A stretch of 64,000 bases of DNA. Origin: Mobula hypostoma. Taxonomy: Eukaryota. A program made the position numbers and the translations under genes. Of this stretch, positions 25,821 to 39,045 are shown in pieces. The notes beneath the pieces are model-generated. The model had not been told where the DNA came from, ran no database searches, and saw only the letters and a list, made by a program, of their open reading frames with translations. The number at the start of each line of letters is the position of its first letter. The stretch's first letter is position 1. The stretch is taken from NCBI RefSeq assembly GCF_963921235.1, contig NC_086097.1, forward strand, positions 88,724,001 to 88,788,000, in the 5' to 3' direction.

Positions 25821-26494
25821 CCTTTCTGCTTTGATTGGATTTTGTGGGTTAACACTAATAGTACCAGTGGAAAATTACTTAAGCCATTGCATCAGTACAT
25901 CCACCAACAGTAGCAGTTTGGGAGGTCAAGTCCAACCCCATATCAATATTCATGCTGTCATAATCAAGGTTGAAAATTTAACACAGGAGTGATATGCCGT
26001 GCCATCATTTTCATTCTTTGAGTGTGATGTTTAATTCTTTCTTCCCTCTCCAGTTGTCAGATGAATGTGAAGAACCCAGGTGTCAGGCCAAAGAATAATA
26101 GACAGCTTTTGGTGTACTGACCAACAGAATTAAACTAATAGTTTATTTTTTTGTGTATACCTGGGTTTGTTGAACCTGTGGTTCATGAAATTGTTTGTTT
26201 ATGCAGGAATGACTGCATTTTAAAAGAATTCATTGTATGAAAGGTGTGTTTTTAAGAGCCATGCATTTTTTTGTATAAACTCAGACTTTCCTCATTACAG
26301 GCCTTCAACTCATATTTGGAGAAAGCAACACTCCAAATGTTTTTGGGTGTGTTTGATTTGGAAATGTTATGAAAATTTCGAGCAGCCACAGTGAATTCCT
26401 GTGTAGCTTTATCAATAGTCTAATCAGTGTTTCAAGTAATGATAAGTGCCAGTGTTAGATGTACTGTATTTGAAAATGCCTTTATGTTTTGTAG

Positions 26495-26545
26495 GGCAAA
26501 TCTCTGACTGGCAAACGGCTTACCGGTCTCATGCAGTCGTCCTGA
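26495..26545 (+). CDS. RGS6: RGS6 terminal coding exon (alpha-type C-terminus) with stop
   Basis: Acceptor tttatgttttgtAG. Encodes GKSLTGKRLTGLMQSS*, compared with mammalian RGS6 alpha GKSLAGKRLTGLMQSS. Confidence 0.93.
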   Translation, partial: GKSLTGKRLTGLMQSS

Positions 26546-26740
26546 CAGCAACTCGGGCTTGCTGTTTGCAATGAGATGAGAAGAGACTTGTACCTATACT
26601 CCTGGGAGTCACCATGTAAAGGAGCACTGTGAGGAGTTCTATGGTACAACTCGACATCAGGACATTTTAATCCTTCCTCAGTGCAGAACGAATTACCACA
26701 ACTGTATCAAAGGAGATCACCTTTTTTTTTACTAAGAAAT

Positions 26741-26746
26741 AATAAA
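26741..26746 (+). promoter_or_regulatory. Candidate proximal polyadenylation signal of RGS6
   Basis: AATAAA about 200 nt after the stop codon. No transcript evidence; the 3' UTR may be longer. Confidence 0.3.
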
Positions 26747-28498
26747 ATTAGATTATCTTAGGCGCAGGGAAGCAGAGATAGAATTTCTGGCTGCCAGTGA
26801 AACTATGTGAATGTTCTGACCTTCTAGATATTGTAATGGGAATTGCTTGTGAATTCACAGAATCAATTTGTATAAAAGAACTTTTTAACCACATGTGACT
26901 GAGAACTATTAGGAGGAGGTTTATAAATTGCAAGCAAGGGAGCAGGTGCTTATATTGAAGGTCCTTTGCCAAGGATGAGGCAGATTGATGTATCTATAGG
27001 CAATAACCAGCTCAGTTTCCCTGAGCTTCACATTCACTTCAGCCAACCATGAGTCTTCCATCTTTCTCATTTTTGCACCTTAGAGTATTTAATGCACCTT
27101 GTGTAAACTATAAAGGTGTTCCAGCATAAGTGTAGTTATGAACTATTCTGACTGATCACAGTGAAACACAGGATGGAAAGTAACGCTATAACAATGCATA
27201 GGTTAGCTTTAAACTCAAGTTTAATTAAAGGAGCCTCATAAGTGTTTTTCAGCTTGGCATACAGAAGCCACATTTCAGTTTAGCTTTATTATCATTACCT
27301 TTTGGATATTTTGGTACAGTTATTGACAGATCGGGATCTAATAACGCCAAAGGAAAAGACACCATAGTACAGACTGTACAACACACTGTTAAGAAAGTAG
27401 CCAGCACCTTCGTAGCTATATCGCCGTACAGGTCAGAAATTTAGATTATGTTCAGACCTAAACTTTGCAAGTTCAGAGGAAAAGCGGCCCAGTGAAAATA
27501 TATGTTGGCCAATATTAGTTCTTCAATTGCCCTTACAGTAGCAGATTTAGCTTGACTAACAGCAAATAGGAGTCCTGCTCTGCAGAAGTTTGCTGTTATG
27601 CTTGCTGTCACCGTATTCCCTACAATTTAAAACAACTGTATTGTCTAAAAAATGCTTTAAGGCTTTCTGATGATGTGCAGGAAGCTAACCATCTCTTTGA
27701 CAGAGATTTCCCTTTGGAAGTCAGGAGCACTGTTCAGAGATTCTGAATTAAATTTACTTATAGTTTTCCCATTGAGGGTGAGTGGCAGGAATATACAGGG
27801 GAACTTGATGAGCATGGGGAGGGAAAAGGTTACAGGGAAATAGAGACAGAAGAGATTGTAACTTCTAATATCCAGAGTAAAAATCCGGAAGAAGTCAGCA
27901 AGTTAGACAGCGTCGGTGGAGACAAAAGGATGGCCAGTCTTTCAGTTCAAGACTGGGAAGTGAGATTGCTCTGAGACTTGGCACAGACCGATGTGCAGGG
28001 TGGCCTCCTTCTATGACATAGATGAACACATGAGAAAAGTAGAGAAAGAGGACTTAATTGGATTATGTTGCTGTTCTATATGCATAGCATCCCACCCCTC
28101 ATCACTTAGCCATCTGTTTCTCTTTTCTTCAACTGTTTATCTAACTTTGCTTTGAATTCTTCTCTGCTTTCATCATCAGACACTTCTTATAGGAACTCAT
28201 TCATATTCCTACCACGTTTTTCTTAGAATCCTGTATAGAATATGTTAGTCACAACTTTGTTCATTTAATCACAACGGGTATCTAAACATACTGCTTCCTG
28301 AAATGGAAAGCAACTGCAGCCATTTCTATCTTAAATATAACCACTCTGGAAGTCCTCCACCCTGAGTGTGGTGTCATCATGGCAAAAGAGGAGGCCATGG
28401 ATTGATATATTGGAATGGGAATGGGGATAGGAATTAAGACAGTTGGCCCCAGGAAATACCGCTTTTGGTGGATGGAGCAAAGGTGCTCGACAATTTTC

Positions 28499-28536
28499 CA
28501 GTCCTGAAGAAGGGTCTCGGCCCGAAACGTCAACTG
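28499..28536 (+). ncRNA. Minimal hammerhead-like motif (core intact)
   Basis: cagtc-CTGAAGA-A-GGGT-ctcg-GCCC-GAAA-cg-TC-aactg; one stem-I mismatch next to the core. Confidence 0.72.
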
Positions 28537-29382
28537 TTTATTCATTTCTATAGATGCTGCCTGACTTGCTGAGTTCCTCCTGCATTTTGTGACCTCCGCC
28601 TTAAAAGTGATAGTTCCTTTTGTCCTCACCTACCACTCCATGAACCTCTGCATCCACCTTCCGCCATTTTCAATGGGATCTTACCACCAAGAGCATCTTT
28701 ACCTTCTCCCTCCCCACCCCCCACTCTCTGTTTTCCCTTTGGGATTGCTCCCTTCATGATTCTCTTGTCCATGTCTCTCTCCCCACTAATCTCCCTCCTG
28801 GCACATACCCCTACAAGCAAAAGAAATGTTACACCTACCCATTCACCTTCTCCCTCACCTCTATTCAGGGTCCCAAGCAGCCCTTCCAGGTGAGGCAACA
28901 ACTTCACCTGTGGATTTGTTGCAATTGTCTGTTGTATCTGGTGCTGCCGATGCAGCAGACTCTACATTGGTGAGATCGCTAAATTGGGGAACTGTTTTGT
29001 TCCTATCCCCATTCCTATTCAGACATGTTGGTCCATGGCTATCTCCTTTGCCTGATGAGGCCCTGCTCAGGGTGGAGGAGCAGCACTTAATATTCCATCA
29101 AAGTAGCCTTCAACCTGATGGTGTGAAGACTGATTTCTCCTTCCAGTAATATTTTTCACTCCCACTTCACTCTTATTCTATTCCCTGCTCTGGCCTCTTA
29201 GCTCTTCTTCTCACCTGCCTATCATCTCCCTGTTCTGTGCTGGTACATTCTCCTCTTTTATTAGATTCCTCCTTCTCCAGCTCTTGACCTTTCTCACCAA
29301 CCTGGCTTCAGCTGTCACCTTCTAGCTAGTCCTCTTTCCCCTCGCCCCACCTTTTCATTCTGGCATCTTCCACCTTCCTTTC

Positions 29383-29420
29383 CAGTCCTGAAGAAGGGTC
29401 TCGGCCCAAAACGTCAACAG
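29383..29420 (+). ncRNA. Hammerhead-like motif, core mutated (GAAA>AAAA)
   Basis: cagtc-CTGAAGA-A-GGGT-ctcg-GCCC-AAAA-cg-TC-aacag. Confidence 0.55.
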
Positions 29421-29504
29421 TTGGTTCACTTTCATAGATGCTGCCTAACCTGCTGAGTTCCTCCAGCATATTGTGTATGTTGCTCTGGATTTCCAGCATC
29501 TGCA

Positions 29505-31560
29505 CAATAGAGTACAGCACAGAAACAGGCCCTTTGGCCTCTCTAGTCAATGCCAAACCATTTAAATAGCTTAGTCTCATCGACCTGCACTCTGATCATT
29601 GCTGTCCATACCCCTGCCATCCATGTACCTATCCAAATTTAAACGTTGAAGTCAAGAATGAATGCACCACTTGCATTGGCAGCTCATTCTGCACTCTCAG
29701 GACCCTCTGACTGAAGATTCCCCTCAAGTTCCCCTTACTGTTTTCACCTTTAACCCTTAAACCATGACCACTAGTTGTAGTAGCACACAACCTCAGTGGA
29801 AAAAGCCTACTTGCATTTACCCTACCTATACCCCTAATTTTGTATACCTCTATCAAAGCTCCCCTCAGTCTTCTGCATTTCAAGAAATAAAGTCCTAACC
29901 TATTCAATCTTTCCTTTTAACTCAAGTCCTCCAGTCCTGGCAACATCCTGTAAATTTTCTCTGTACTCTTTTAACATTATTGACATTTTTCCTGAAGGTA
30001 GGTGACCAAAACTGCACACAATACTCCAAATTAGGCCTCACCAATGTCTTATACAACTTCAACATAACATCCTCTCTCCTGTACTCAATTTTCTGATTTA
30101 TGAAGGTCAATGTGACAGAAGTTTTCTTTAATGACCCTGCCTATGTGTGATGTCACTTTCACTGAATTATGGACCTGTATTCCTAGATCCCTTTGTTCTA
30201 CTGCACTCTTCAGTGTCCTACAGTTCACTGTGTAAGACCTACCTTGGTTAGTCCTACTGAAGTGCAACACCTTGCACTTGTTTGCATTAAATTCCATCTG
30301 CCATTTTTCAGCCTGTTTTTCCAGCTGGTCCAGATCCCACTGCAAGCTGTGACAATCTTCTTCACTGCTCACTGCATTCCCAGTCTTAGTGTTATCTGCA
30401 AATTGGCTGATCCAGTTAATCATATTATCATCCAGATCACTGATATAGATGACAGACAACAATGGACCCAACACCGATCCCTGTGGCACTCCACTAGTCA
30501 CAGACCTCCAGACAGAGAGGTAACCATCTACTACCACTCTCTGGCATCTCCCACAAAGCCAATGTCTAATCCAATTTGCTACCTCATCTTGAATGCCAAG
30601 CACTGAACCTTCTTGACCAACCTCCCATGTGGGACCTTGTCAAATGCCTTGCTAAAGTCAACGTAGACAACGTCCTCTGTCTTGCTTCATCAGCTTTCCG
30701 GGAAACTTCCTTGAAAGCTCAATAAGATGGGTTAGACATGACCTACACACACAAAGACATGCTAACTATCCCAGATCAATCCCAGTCTATCCAAACATTC
30801 ATATATCCAGACCCTTAGAATACCCTCCAATAACTTTCCCACTACTGATGTCAGGATCACTGGCCTATAAATTCCTCGTTTATTTTTAGAACCTTTCTTA
30901 AACGGCGGAACAATATTAGCTATCTTCTACTCCTCCAGTAACTCACCTGTCGCTAAGGATGAGTTGAATATCTCTGCTAGGGCCCTTGCAATTTCTGCAT
31001 TTGCCTCCTACAGGGTTCAAGGGAACACCATGTCAGGTCCTGGGATTTATCCACCCCTATTTGCCTCAAGATAGCAAACATCTCCTCCTCTGTAATCTGT
31101 ATAGGGTCCATGCCCTCACTGCTGCTTTGCCTCACTCTGTGTCTGTCTCCTGAGTAGATACAGATGCAAAAAAAAATGATTTACAACCTCCACATCTCTT
31201 TTGGCTCCATGCATAGATTACCATTCTAATATTCCAGGGGACCAGTTTTGTCCCTTGCAATCCTTTCACTCTTACCATAGTTGTAGAATCCCTTAGGATT
31301 CTCTTTCATCTCATCTGCTAGGGAAAACTTCTTTTATCCTTCCTGATTTACTTCTTAAGTGTTCTCTTGCATTTCTTATACTCTATAAGTACCTCATTTA
31401 TTCCTGTCTGCCGAAACCTGCTATGCATCTCCTTTTTTCCCTTAACCATGGCATCAAAATCTCCTGAAAACCGATATTCCCAAACCTGTTAACTTTACCT
31501 TTTATTCTGACAGGCACATGCAAGCTTTGTACTCTCAAAATTTCGCTTTGAAGGCCTCAC
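29505..31560 (-). mobile_element. Degenerate CR1 LINE
   Basis: ORFs 30085-30603 (SGVPQGSVLGP...FADN), 29922-30110 and 29629-29907. 3' tail at ~29505. Confidence 0.9.
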
Positions 31561-33304
31561 ACATAAACAGAATTTATTCTGTTTATGTTTGCATGTTTAG
31601 GGCTTTATTATCGAGTAGCTGCTTGTTTTTATTTGTTAACACTTTTCTCTAAATGACTTTGTTATTCACATTTAAACACTTAACTCTAGGAAGCACGTGG
31701 AAGCCTATACTGCCCGTTCTTTGTGTTTATTAACAGCTCACCATAGTTTTATGTAATTTTCTTCTGTATTGACCTAACCTTTCAATTTTCTGCCATCTGC
31801 AAACTTTGAAATTTATTCTTCAAAGTCAAAACATTGTGATTGACTTCTTTAATCTGTTTATGGAATTTGCAGGGGTAAAAACACCATCGTTTATTGTCCA
31901 GTGATAAATGCCCTTGAGAAGCTGATGGTGAGGCTAAACTGCTGCACTTCTTCCAGTTAAAGAAGTCCCACGATGTTGCTGGGCAGGGAGTTTCAGGATT
32001 TACATAATGAAGAACTACAGAATCAAAATTCCGCAATCTTTACTGAACAGAAGGACGCCACTTGGCCAATTATCTGCATATCACATCTACATAAGAGCGA
32101 TCTATCTGATTCTCTGCCATATCTATAAAGACAATCTGCAGTGCTCAGGTTCCCCTATGCTCTTTGCCCCTGATGTTTTTCTTGGTGACAGCTGTAGATT
32201 TGGAAGGTTGGAGTCACCTAGGTGAAAATACTTGTTAGTGTATATACTGCAGCTATGAGTGCCATTGGTGGAGGGCATTAGCTTTTAGAGTGGTGGATCA
32301 AAGTAGCTGCTTTCTCCTGGATGCTGCACTGATCCAGGCAAGTGGGAAACGATTCCATCTCTCCGCACTTATGACTATAGATGGTGAAAAAGCTATGCTA
32401 TGTCATGAGGTGAATCATTCAGCAGAACATAGCCAGTGCCTAACCTGCAATATTTATTTGGTTTGTGCATTCCTTGGTGAGACCACTCTTTTCATAATTT
32501 TTCTTTATATATGCATGGATCTGTCAAATGTTCAATTTCCTTGATACTTCAATCATGTAGCTCACTTTTGCCTTTCTGACTCTTTTCTACCATCTTTGTA
32601 TTTCCATTTGTCTTTCTCTCCATTATTACTCATGCAGCTAGTGTGTGCTTAGTTTTTTTTTAGTTGAAAATTTGCTCAATCGCTCTGTGGAGGTTGCCTA
32701 TATAGACTTAACCTTTCAGTGAAATATATATCTTCTGTGTTCTATAATGAACAGTTTTTAAAATAGTATGTCTCTCATTACTTCTAAGTCATTTTTGCCA
32801 TTTTGCCTTTATTTTAAGTATCCTCAGTTTTAAGTCTTCTGTCATGACCATTATTAGCTAGATCTCTCTGCACCCTCTGATTCATTACTAGATCAAGCAG
32901 TGATTCGTCCAGCAAAGTAGTAAAGAATGCAATATTTTTTTATTTTACTGATTTTCACAGTGAATCTTTAAATTAAATGATTAATTATTTCATCTGGATT
33001 ATACTTTTACTTAAATAATACAGCAGGACATATTAAAGATTTGTTTGCATTTCTGCTGTTGCTACTTCAGAACATATTTACCACAATGCGTGCTTTATCA
33101 AAGACCTCTTTGCTCCCCATGACAGATATTTCCATTGGGTATGTAAAAAGCAGTTTAAAGAGAATAATTGTCTTTCCCGATACTGTTTACTCCTCCCATG
33201 AGCTGATGTACTCAAGACTGACTTTGGACTATACAATCCGGGCGAACAGTCCACTACTGAGACAAAGCTGCATTGTTTCAGATGAATTCCTGCACATGCA
33301 TCTT

Positions 33305-33650
33305 GAAACTGTAGTGACACACTGGCATAACACGTCAGGAGAGTGACCTGGGTTCAGTTCTGATCTCCAGTGCTCTCTCTGCAATTTGCACTTTCTCACC
33401 GTGAACCACATGTGTTTCCTCCAGTGCTCTCATTTCCTCCCACATCCCAAAGATTTTGCAGGTCAGTAGGTTAATTAATCATTGTAAATGCTCCTAGTCT
33501 GAGTTTGTGGCAGAATCCATGTGGAGTTTATGAGAATGAGGGGAGAATGGAACAGGATTAGTGTAAGTTTATTGTAATTGAGTGCCTGATGGCTGGCACA
33601 TAAATGGAGAGCCCAAGGAGCTGTTTCTGAGCTGAATGTCTCTATGGCTC
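33305..33650 (+). mobile_element. Degenerate tRNA-derived SINE
   Basis: B-box-like gggttcagttc, core tttcctcccacatcccaaaga, CR1-like tail. Confidence 0.6.
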
Positions 33651-35161
33651 CCCTGTTACCCTACCCATAATTCATCTAGTACTCTATACACCAAATAATT
33701 AATACTGAATTACAATGTGTTTTGCCTCTAGAAGTGTTTGCAATAGATAATATGGCAGCATGTCAAAGCAAACCTTTAATATTTGATGCATTTTAGTCCG
33801 AATAAAGCACTACTAAAATGAAGAAAACCAGTTGCTTTAAGTTTCACTGACAGCCTCAAAAGATTTATACCTGAAGGTGTCCTTGGAAACTAAATTGCAG
33901 CAATGTCGTCCTTTGCAGATACATGAAAATAATCCTCATGTAAAAAACATACTATAAGGTTAAGCATGTATATATTTACAACACTTAAATTGCTAGTTTT
34001 TGCGTGTTTATGTCAGTCATTGGGGCAGGAGACAGAATTGTACAGTTCACAACGTAATTAGTAATTATAATTAAAAACATATTAAAGGTTTATTTTATGG
34101 CCAATTGTTGTACCTAATTACGTCTTAGAGATGATGTATCACTGTTTCTTCCACATCTTTTATATTTATATTGTACCACACATCCTGCACCATAACTTGA
34201 AAATGGAAGCACAGGAGCCTGTGCCCTGCCATGAATCCATCTGCGTACCTGACAGCTCTGGCAGCAAGCTATAGACAGTGCTGTGTAACAGGGTCAGGAC
34301 ATTTTTCCACCATCAAAGAGCTTCCTCTGCAAACGCAGATGATCTCAAATCATAAAAACAGCAAGTGATTATATTCTCATGGTTATTTCTAATGGCTGCA
34401 GCAAAATAAATTATGAATGTAGAAAATGGCAAATAATTGGATTAAAGCAGCAAGCTGTTGCAATGTTATGATTGAGATCAGAGACAACGTTGCACTTAGT
34501 GTGATGGCACAGATAGCTACAGAAAATTCATTTTGAAATACTTCGTAAGGTAGCACTTCCAAAGGTAGTCCACTAGTTTTCTTTTTGTTTTGGTGATGCA
34601 ATTTTTCACTCCACACTCTTGCAATTATACTTGTGAAACTCGTAATCAATTAGTAACATGGCACAGTCTGCACACTTAGACAAGTGCTTTTATATCTCCT
34701 TTGCCTTGGTGTCAAATTTTGCCTGCCGATGCTCCTGCCAAGTGCTTTGGAATGTTTTCAAACGTGAATTAATTCTTGTTGTGGCGACTGGCATGCCAGT
34801 CAAGATGGCTTGCAGAGATCTGCACAGGGATCTTGGCAAATCTAGAGAGGGGCTTAAAAGGCTTAAGAAATGGAATGATGCTGATTCACACTCGCAAGTC
34901 AATGCAAATGTCTTGTCCTCAGTCAAAAATAAGCTCAACCTCACTATAGCAATGAATGCCATTTTCCAGATAATACCAGGATATGTTAGAGAAAGGACAT
35001 TAGCCTCATAGCGGACCATTCCAGGCCAGTTATATATACAGGGATAAGAGAAGGCTATTTAACCCTTTCAGCCTGTTTTCACTATAGTATTTGAAAAGTC
35101 CAGTGGTTGTTGGAAAAGAGCCTAACGCATAAGCACTGATATCGCAGAGTGCTCCCTATAA

Positions 35162-36576
35162 AAGGAGGGAGAGAGAAACCGGGGAATTATAGACCGGTTA
35201 GCCTAACGTCGGTGGTGGGGAAACTGCTGGAGTCAGTTATCAAGGATGTGATAACAGCACATTTGGAAAGCGGTGAAATGATCGGACAAAGTCAGCATGG
35301 ATTTGTGAAAGGAAAATCATGTCTGATGAATCTCATAGAATTTTTTGAGGATGTAACTGGTAGAGTGGATAGGGGAGAACCAGTGGATGTGGTATATTTG
35401 GATTTTCAAAAGGCTTTTGACAAGGTCCCACACAGGAGATTAGTGTGCAAACTTAAAGCACACGGTATTGGGGGTAAGGTATTGGTGTGGGTGGAGAATT
35501 GGTTAGCAGACAGGAAGCAAAGAGTGGGAATAAACGGGACCTTTTCAGAATGGCAGGCGGTGACTAGTGGGGTACCGCAAGGCTCAGTGCTGGGACCCCA
35601 GTTGTTTAAAATATATATTAATGACTTGGATGAGGGAATTAAATGCAGCATCTCCAAGTTTGCGGATGACACGAAGCTGGGTGGCAGTGTTAGCAGTGAG
35701 GAGGATGCTAAGAGGATGCAGGGTGACTTGGATAGGTTGGGTGAGTGGGCAAATTCATGGCAGATGCAATTTAATGTGGATAAATGTGAAGTTATCCACT
35801 TTGGTGGCAAAAATAGGAAAACAGATTATTATCTGAATGGTGGCCGATTAGGAAAAGGGGAGGTGCAACGAGACCTGGGTGTCATTATACACCAGTCATT
35901 GAAAGTGGGCATGCAGGTACAGCAGGCGGTGAAAAAGGCGAATGGTATGCTGGCATTTATAGCAAGAGGATTCGAGTACAGGAGCAGGGAGGTACTACTG
36001 CAGTTGTACAAGGCCTTGGTGAGACCACACCTGGAGTATTGTGTGCAGTTTTGGTCCCCTAATCTGAGGAAAGACATCTTTGCCATAGAGGGAGTACAAA
36101 GAAGGTTCACCAGATTGATTCCTGGGATGGCAGGACTTTCATATGAAGAAAGACTGGATGAACTGGGCTTGTACTCGTTGGAATTTAGAAGATTGAGGGG
36201 GGATCTGATTGAAACGTATAAGATCCTAAAGGGATTGGACAGGCTAGATGCAGGAAGATTGTTCCCGATGTTGGGGAAGTCCAGAACGAGGGGCCACAGT
36301 CTGAGGATAGAGGGGAAGCCTTTTAGGACCGAGATTAGGAAAAACTTCTTCACACAGAGAGTGGTGAATCTGTGGAATTCTCTGCCACAGGAAACAGTTG
36401 AGGCCAGTTCATTGGCTATATTTAAGAGGGAGTTAGATATGGCCCTTGTGGCTACGGGGGTCAGGGGGTATGGAGGGAAGGCTGGGGCGGGGTTCTGAGT
36501 TGGATGATCAACCATGATCATAATAAGTGGCGGTGCAGGCTCGAAGGGCCGAATGGCCTACTCCTGCACCTATTTT
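35162..36576 (+). mobile_element. Young 5'-truncated CR1 LINE with an uninterrupted RT ORF
   Basis: ORF to the stop at 36498 (NYRPVSLTS, YLDFQKAFDKVPH, GVPQGSVLGP, KFADD). 3' stem-loop at 36532-36570. CTATAA on both sides (35156-35161, 36577-36582) is a candidate TSD. Confidence 0.96.
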
Positions 36577-38749
36577 CTATAACAGTTCCAAAGGAAACTG
36601 CAGGCAGCCATTATGGAACTGAATGAGAAGGGGGTCAGCCACATTTAGTTAGCTGCTGCCAATGCAAGTGTCAGAGGGCCATTGTGTTCACTGTGACAGC
36701 TGGGCTTTGGAGGACCACAGGCTCCTTTCAGCGTGGAAGGTGCAAGCAGGCAGTGTCAGGTGAGGACCAGACTGAGTTTGGTTATTGTGGATCCCAGAGT
36801 AAAATCCGAATGGTCACCGTGGTTCAGCCCAGGATGACTACCACACTGTACAGTTCACAAGATGAGTATAATATCACTGTCCTTGAGATGAGAGTAGGAA
36901 GAGTTCAATGCAAAAAGGCAGTGCTTGGATAAGTTTTCAATATTTTCAAACAAACTTTAAATAAATTTACAGCTGAACTCTGAGCTAATGAGACCTATCT
37001 AGCTTCAGAACTAGCATGCATTCCTATTTGCAGAAGTGACTTACAAATTTCTGCCACCCTCTGTCTATTTTGTGACCATCCTAAGAGGCCTGGATGATTA
37101 TCTATGTTATACTCCAATGGAAATTGTCTCTTACAGCACTAATTTGCATAATTCCACTTCGTAATTTAATCCTTGAATCTAGGTTTCTATTCTAGTAAAT
37201 CTGTTCAGAAATCTTGTCAACTCTGATCCTAGTCTGTGCCTGAAACTGCTCACAAGACTGCATCAACAGTTTTAGCAAAGCTTTGTACAGTGTTAGCATA
37301 ACTTCTATTTGTATTCTTGACCTCCAGCATTCTATAAGCCTTTTTGTACTGGTCTATAATTTTTTAATAGTTTATGTACATGCACGAATATGTCTACTTA
37401 CAACTGCAAGTTCAGTTCATGAGCAGAAGATCAGCCTCTAGCTACAGAAAGAGGCTGAGTATGGCTACAACTTAAACTTTGAAAGCACTGACTTCTATTA
37501 CTTTAAGCACATTGCAACACATGTAACCTGTAATTCTCTTCCCTGAAAGCTTGCTTAAGGTTAATTGAAACTTTTAGTTGTTTGTGATAGATTTTTGTTC
37601 AGGTACCTGTAGCTGGGAATGCGTATAAAGCCAGCTGTAGTGGAACAGATTTGAGAGGATGAATGGCCGACTACTGGTCCTGACTGAAATCATGAAAACC
37701 CGTACAAATATGTAATGGTGTTCACCAACTAGGGGTCTTTAGAAATCAAGATGATTGTGGTGGCAAAGATGTCATCCTTGGAAGAAATCTCAATAATACT
37801 AAAGAGGACCCTATAAACCATTGAGCAACAACAAGCCCTAGCTGAGCCATGTACCTGAGGCTACAACCGGTCTATATTCCTGTCATATCTTGGGAACTTG
37901 TTAGGAGATGTAGTAAACACACAAAATTTTCACTTTGTCTGGAAGCACAATATTGCTAGCATAAAACTATGCATGTGGAGTATGTACAACTGCTGTTCTC
38001 TGGAGTGCTAGTTAATCACCAGGTGGAAAGAGGGAGGAAATGACAAGCATTCAAAGTTTACTGATTGTTTGCTATTTTAATGGAATGCACCAAAGCTTGA
38101 GCATTGCTGTATCACTCTGTGATCTTAAAAATAAAAACAAAGACCCTAAATGTCAATGGAAGGGGTGATTCTCTTTTTACTGTCCTCTGTGAGCCAGTGG
38201 AAGGTTTCTTCCTTGCCCCCTTTTCTATCGTGAGAGATCTAGAACTGATGGTACACACTGTTCATCACAACAGCTCTGCAGGTAAGTGTAGCCAGTAGAT
38301 TGTTATCTACATTGCACTGAATCAGATGGGATTCACCACACTGAGTTAGCTGCTTTCAACTTCAGGTAAACTGCTCTCTCGTTGTTTCCCATTATGATTT
38401 TCTCATCTATTTTCATTGAACGCAGACCCCCCCCCCATTAGTGTAAAGAGCGCTTGCTCCTTATCACCTGATCTGTCCTAACCAATCTCCATAAAGCCTT
38501 TTGTCTTACACCTCACTCTGTTTAGAAAACTCCATTCTTCCCCCATGTCTGTAGAATGGTCACAGACCTGAAACATTAACTGGTTTCTCTTTCCACAGAT
38601 GCTCCAGTGTGGTCTGTTTTTGTGTTTCCCCCACCCCCACCCCCGCCGCCCCCAGTAACCTCCTGCTATGATTGAACAGCCTCTTACACAGGACACCTCT
38701 GCTGCTGGTGATATCCTCTAATAAATTCTCAATGTTCCTATCAGTTGGC

Positions 38750-39045
38750 AGGATAGAGATACGTCTCTACCAAGTGAGGTGTAGGGTGCTCCTTCCCTCT
38801 GCTAGCCTGCAAGTCACCCTTGGGCAAGGCATAGCACCCGCTTAGTCCCCCAATCAGAGTCGCATGAAGCCATGGGATCAGGTGGTGCAATCACAACTCC
38901 CGGATATGTGACCACTGACTCCAGGCAGACAGTCTCTGAAGAGTATTGATAATGGCTGGGGTTACCCCCCCCCCACCCCTTGTAAAAACACTGCCCAGAA
39001 GAAGGCAATTGCAAACCACTTCTGTAGAAAATTTTGCCAAGAAGG
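38750..39045 (+). mobile_element. Short interspersed repeat, possibly with an RTE-related tail
   Basis: GC-richer island ending gaaggcaattgcaaaccacttctg...ttgccaagaa, resembling 3' ends of RTE-associated SINEs. Confidence 0.35.

Larger units (their letters stand above)
28345..29503 (+). mobile_element. Penelope-like element: inverted piece + terminal repeat + GIY-YIG region + second terminal repeat
   Basis: 28345-28492 is a minus-strand GIY-YIG segment. The terminal block (cagtcctgaagaagggtctcggccc...gatgctgcct.ac.tgctgagttcctcc) occurs at ~28499 and ~29383. Between them lies the decayed C-terminus ...LRVEEQHLIFHQSSLQPDGVKTDFSFQ*. Confidence 0.85.

Noticed and set aside
5018..26545. Assignment to RGS7
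   Set aside because: Some residues are RGS7-like (QELLQAK, PGRY), but [36 protein letters not shown] and KRLTGLMQSS match RGS6.
34658..35019. Overlapping 117-aa and 109-aa ORFs as exons of a neighbouring gene (e.g. DPF3, the mammalian neighbour)
   Set aside because: No PHD or zinc-finger pattern and no convincing splice structure.
35406..36521. Antisense ORFs of 134 and 230 aa (mirrored at 44906-45610)
   Set aside because: Shadow frames of CR1 ORF2 with no independent motifs.
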